From: a virus
Direction: 5' to 3' (one strand)
DNA length: 64,000 nucleotides
IMG/VR virus record: IMGVR_UViG_3300031525_000001
Coordinates: 96,001-160,000 of that record
Below, in pieces: positions 63,519 to 64,000 of the stretch. Positions within the stretch are counted from its first letter, which is position 1. Each line of letters opens with the position of its first letter. The notes below the pieces were generated by a model that searched no databases, had not been told where the DNA came from, and saw nothing but the letters and a program-made list of their open reading frames with translations. The position numbers were made by a program, and so were the translations under genes.

Positions 63519-63551
63519 TCCTATCGATTCTCGTCTATTTTTGGGTATAAT
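63519..63551 (+). promoter_or_regulatory. Class A phage promoter TCCTATC-N17-GGGTATAAT (leaderless gene follows)
   Basis: Third copy of the motif; ATG 7 nt downstream. Confidence 0.75.
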
Positions 63552-63557
63552 AGGGGT

Positions 63558-63833
63558 ATGACGAACACGGAATTCATCACCGCCCTCAACGTGAAATTCA
63601 ACAGCATCGGCTACACCTTCCTGATCGAGCGCGAAGGCATCAAATACACACGCATCGTCCAGACCATGCGGGGCAGCAATAGCCGCAGCGTATATTGCTT
63701 CGTTGACGCCAACGGCAACATCTACAAGGCAGCGGGCTGGAAGACGCCTGCCAAGGGCGTTCGTTCGACTCTGGCGACCGTGGACATCAGCACCGTTGAC
63801 CCACACGGCGCTTGGCTGTACGCGAGACGCTAA
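63558..63833 (+). CDS. Small phage hypothetical protein (FVD..GNIYKAAGWKTPAKGVR motif)
   Basis: 91 aa; the motif is recalled from widespread phage proteins. Confidence 0.8.
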   Translation: MTNTEFITALNVKFNSIGYTFLIEREGIKYTRIVQTMRGSNSRSVYCFVDANGNIYKAAGWKTPAKGVRSTLATVDISTVDPHGAWLYARR

Positions 63834-64000
63834 ATGATTCCCTGTTGCCAAGTCTGCGGAAGCAAGCGCACGGCGGACGCCAAACAACCCAATCTCTGCT
63901 ACTACATGTGCTACTGGCTCCTAGAAGGCTGGCTCGGGTTTAACGCCCGCACGAACAAAGTCGCCATCAGGGATCAGCGTGCGTTCCAGTTCGTACCCGA
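63834..64000 (+). CDS. Small Cys-containing protein, 3'-partial
   Basis: TAAATG junction; the frame is open to the window end. Confidence 0.55.
   Translation, partial: MIPCCQVCGSKRTADAKQPNLCYYMCYWLLEGWLGFNARTNKVAIRDQRAFQFVP

Noticed and set aside
1-64000. Genome-wide TAG recoding (genetic code 15)
   Set aside because: ORFs of 1000-1900 codons have no internal TAG, coding density is already high in code 11, and several genes end plausibly at TAG. Only one interrupted gene was found.

Overview
This window is a 64-kb segment of a large (jumbo-type) tailed dsDNA phage genome. The evidence is a large terminase, about ten free-standing GIY-YIG/HNH endonucleases, tightly overlapping small genes and no cellular housekeeping genes. 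An Acidobacteria-style TonB gene suggests, by inference only, an Acidobacteriota host. Main blocks: (i) very large acidic mosaic ORFs (3-4505 partial, 4580-5653, 27295-29238, 30262-36045, 36035-39367) whose modules are repeatedly delimited by K-x-A linkers, suggesting protease-processed polyproteins; (ii) a roughly 11-kb glycan biosynthesis operon (GT6, GT11, GT10-like, four GT31-like paralogs, GT2s, Gmd, RmlC-like, a His-for-Lys ColD-like enzyme, a methyltransferase), with one GT frameshifted at a C9 tract, plus a second pyruvyltransferase/GT pair; (iii) putative virion proteins carrying DUF3494 ice-binding-like domains; (iv) terL, preceded by an atypical amber-suppressor tRNA (anticodon CUA); a small gene elsewhere in the window has an in-frame TAG; (v) two sigma-like/HTH regulators, two recurring promoter motifs (mostly leaderless genes) and several candidate small structured RNAs. 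All calls come from reading the sequence and from recalled family motifs; no database search was run.
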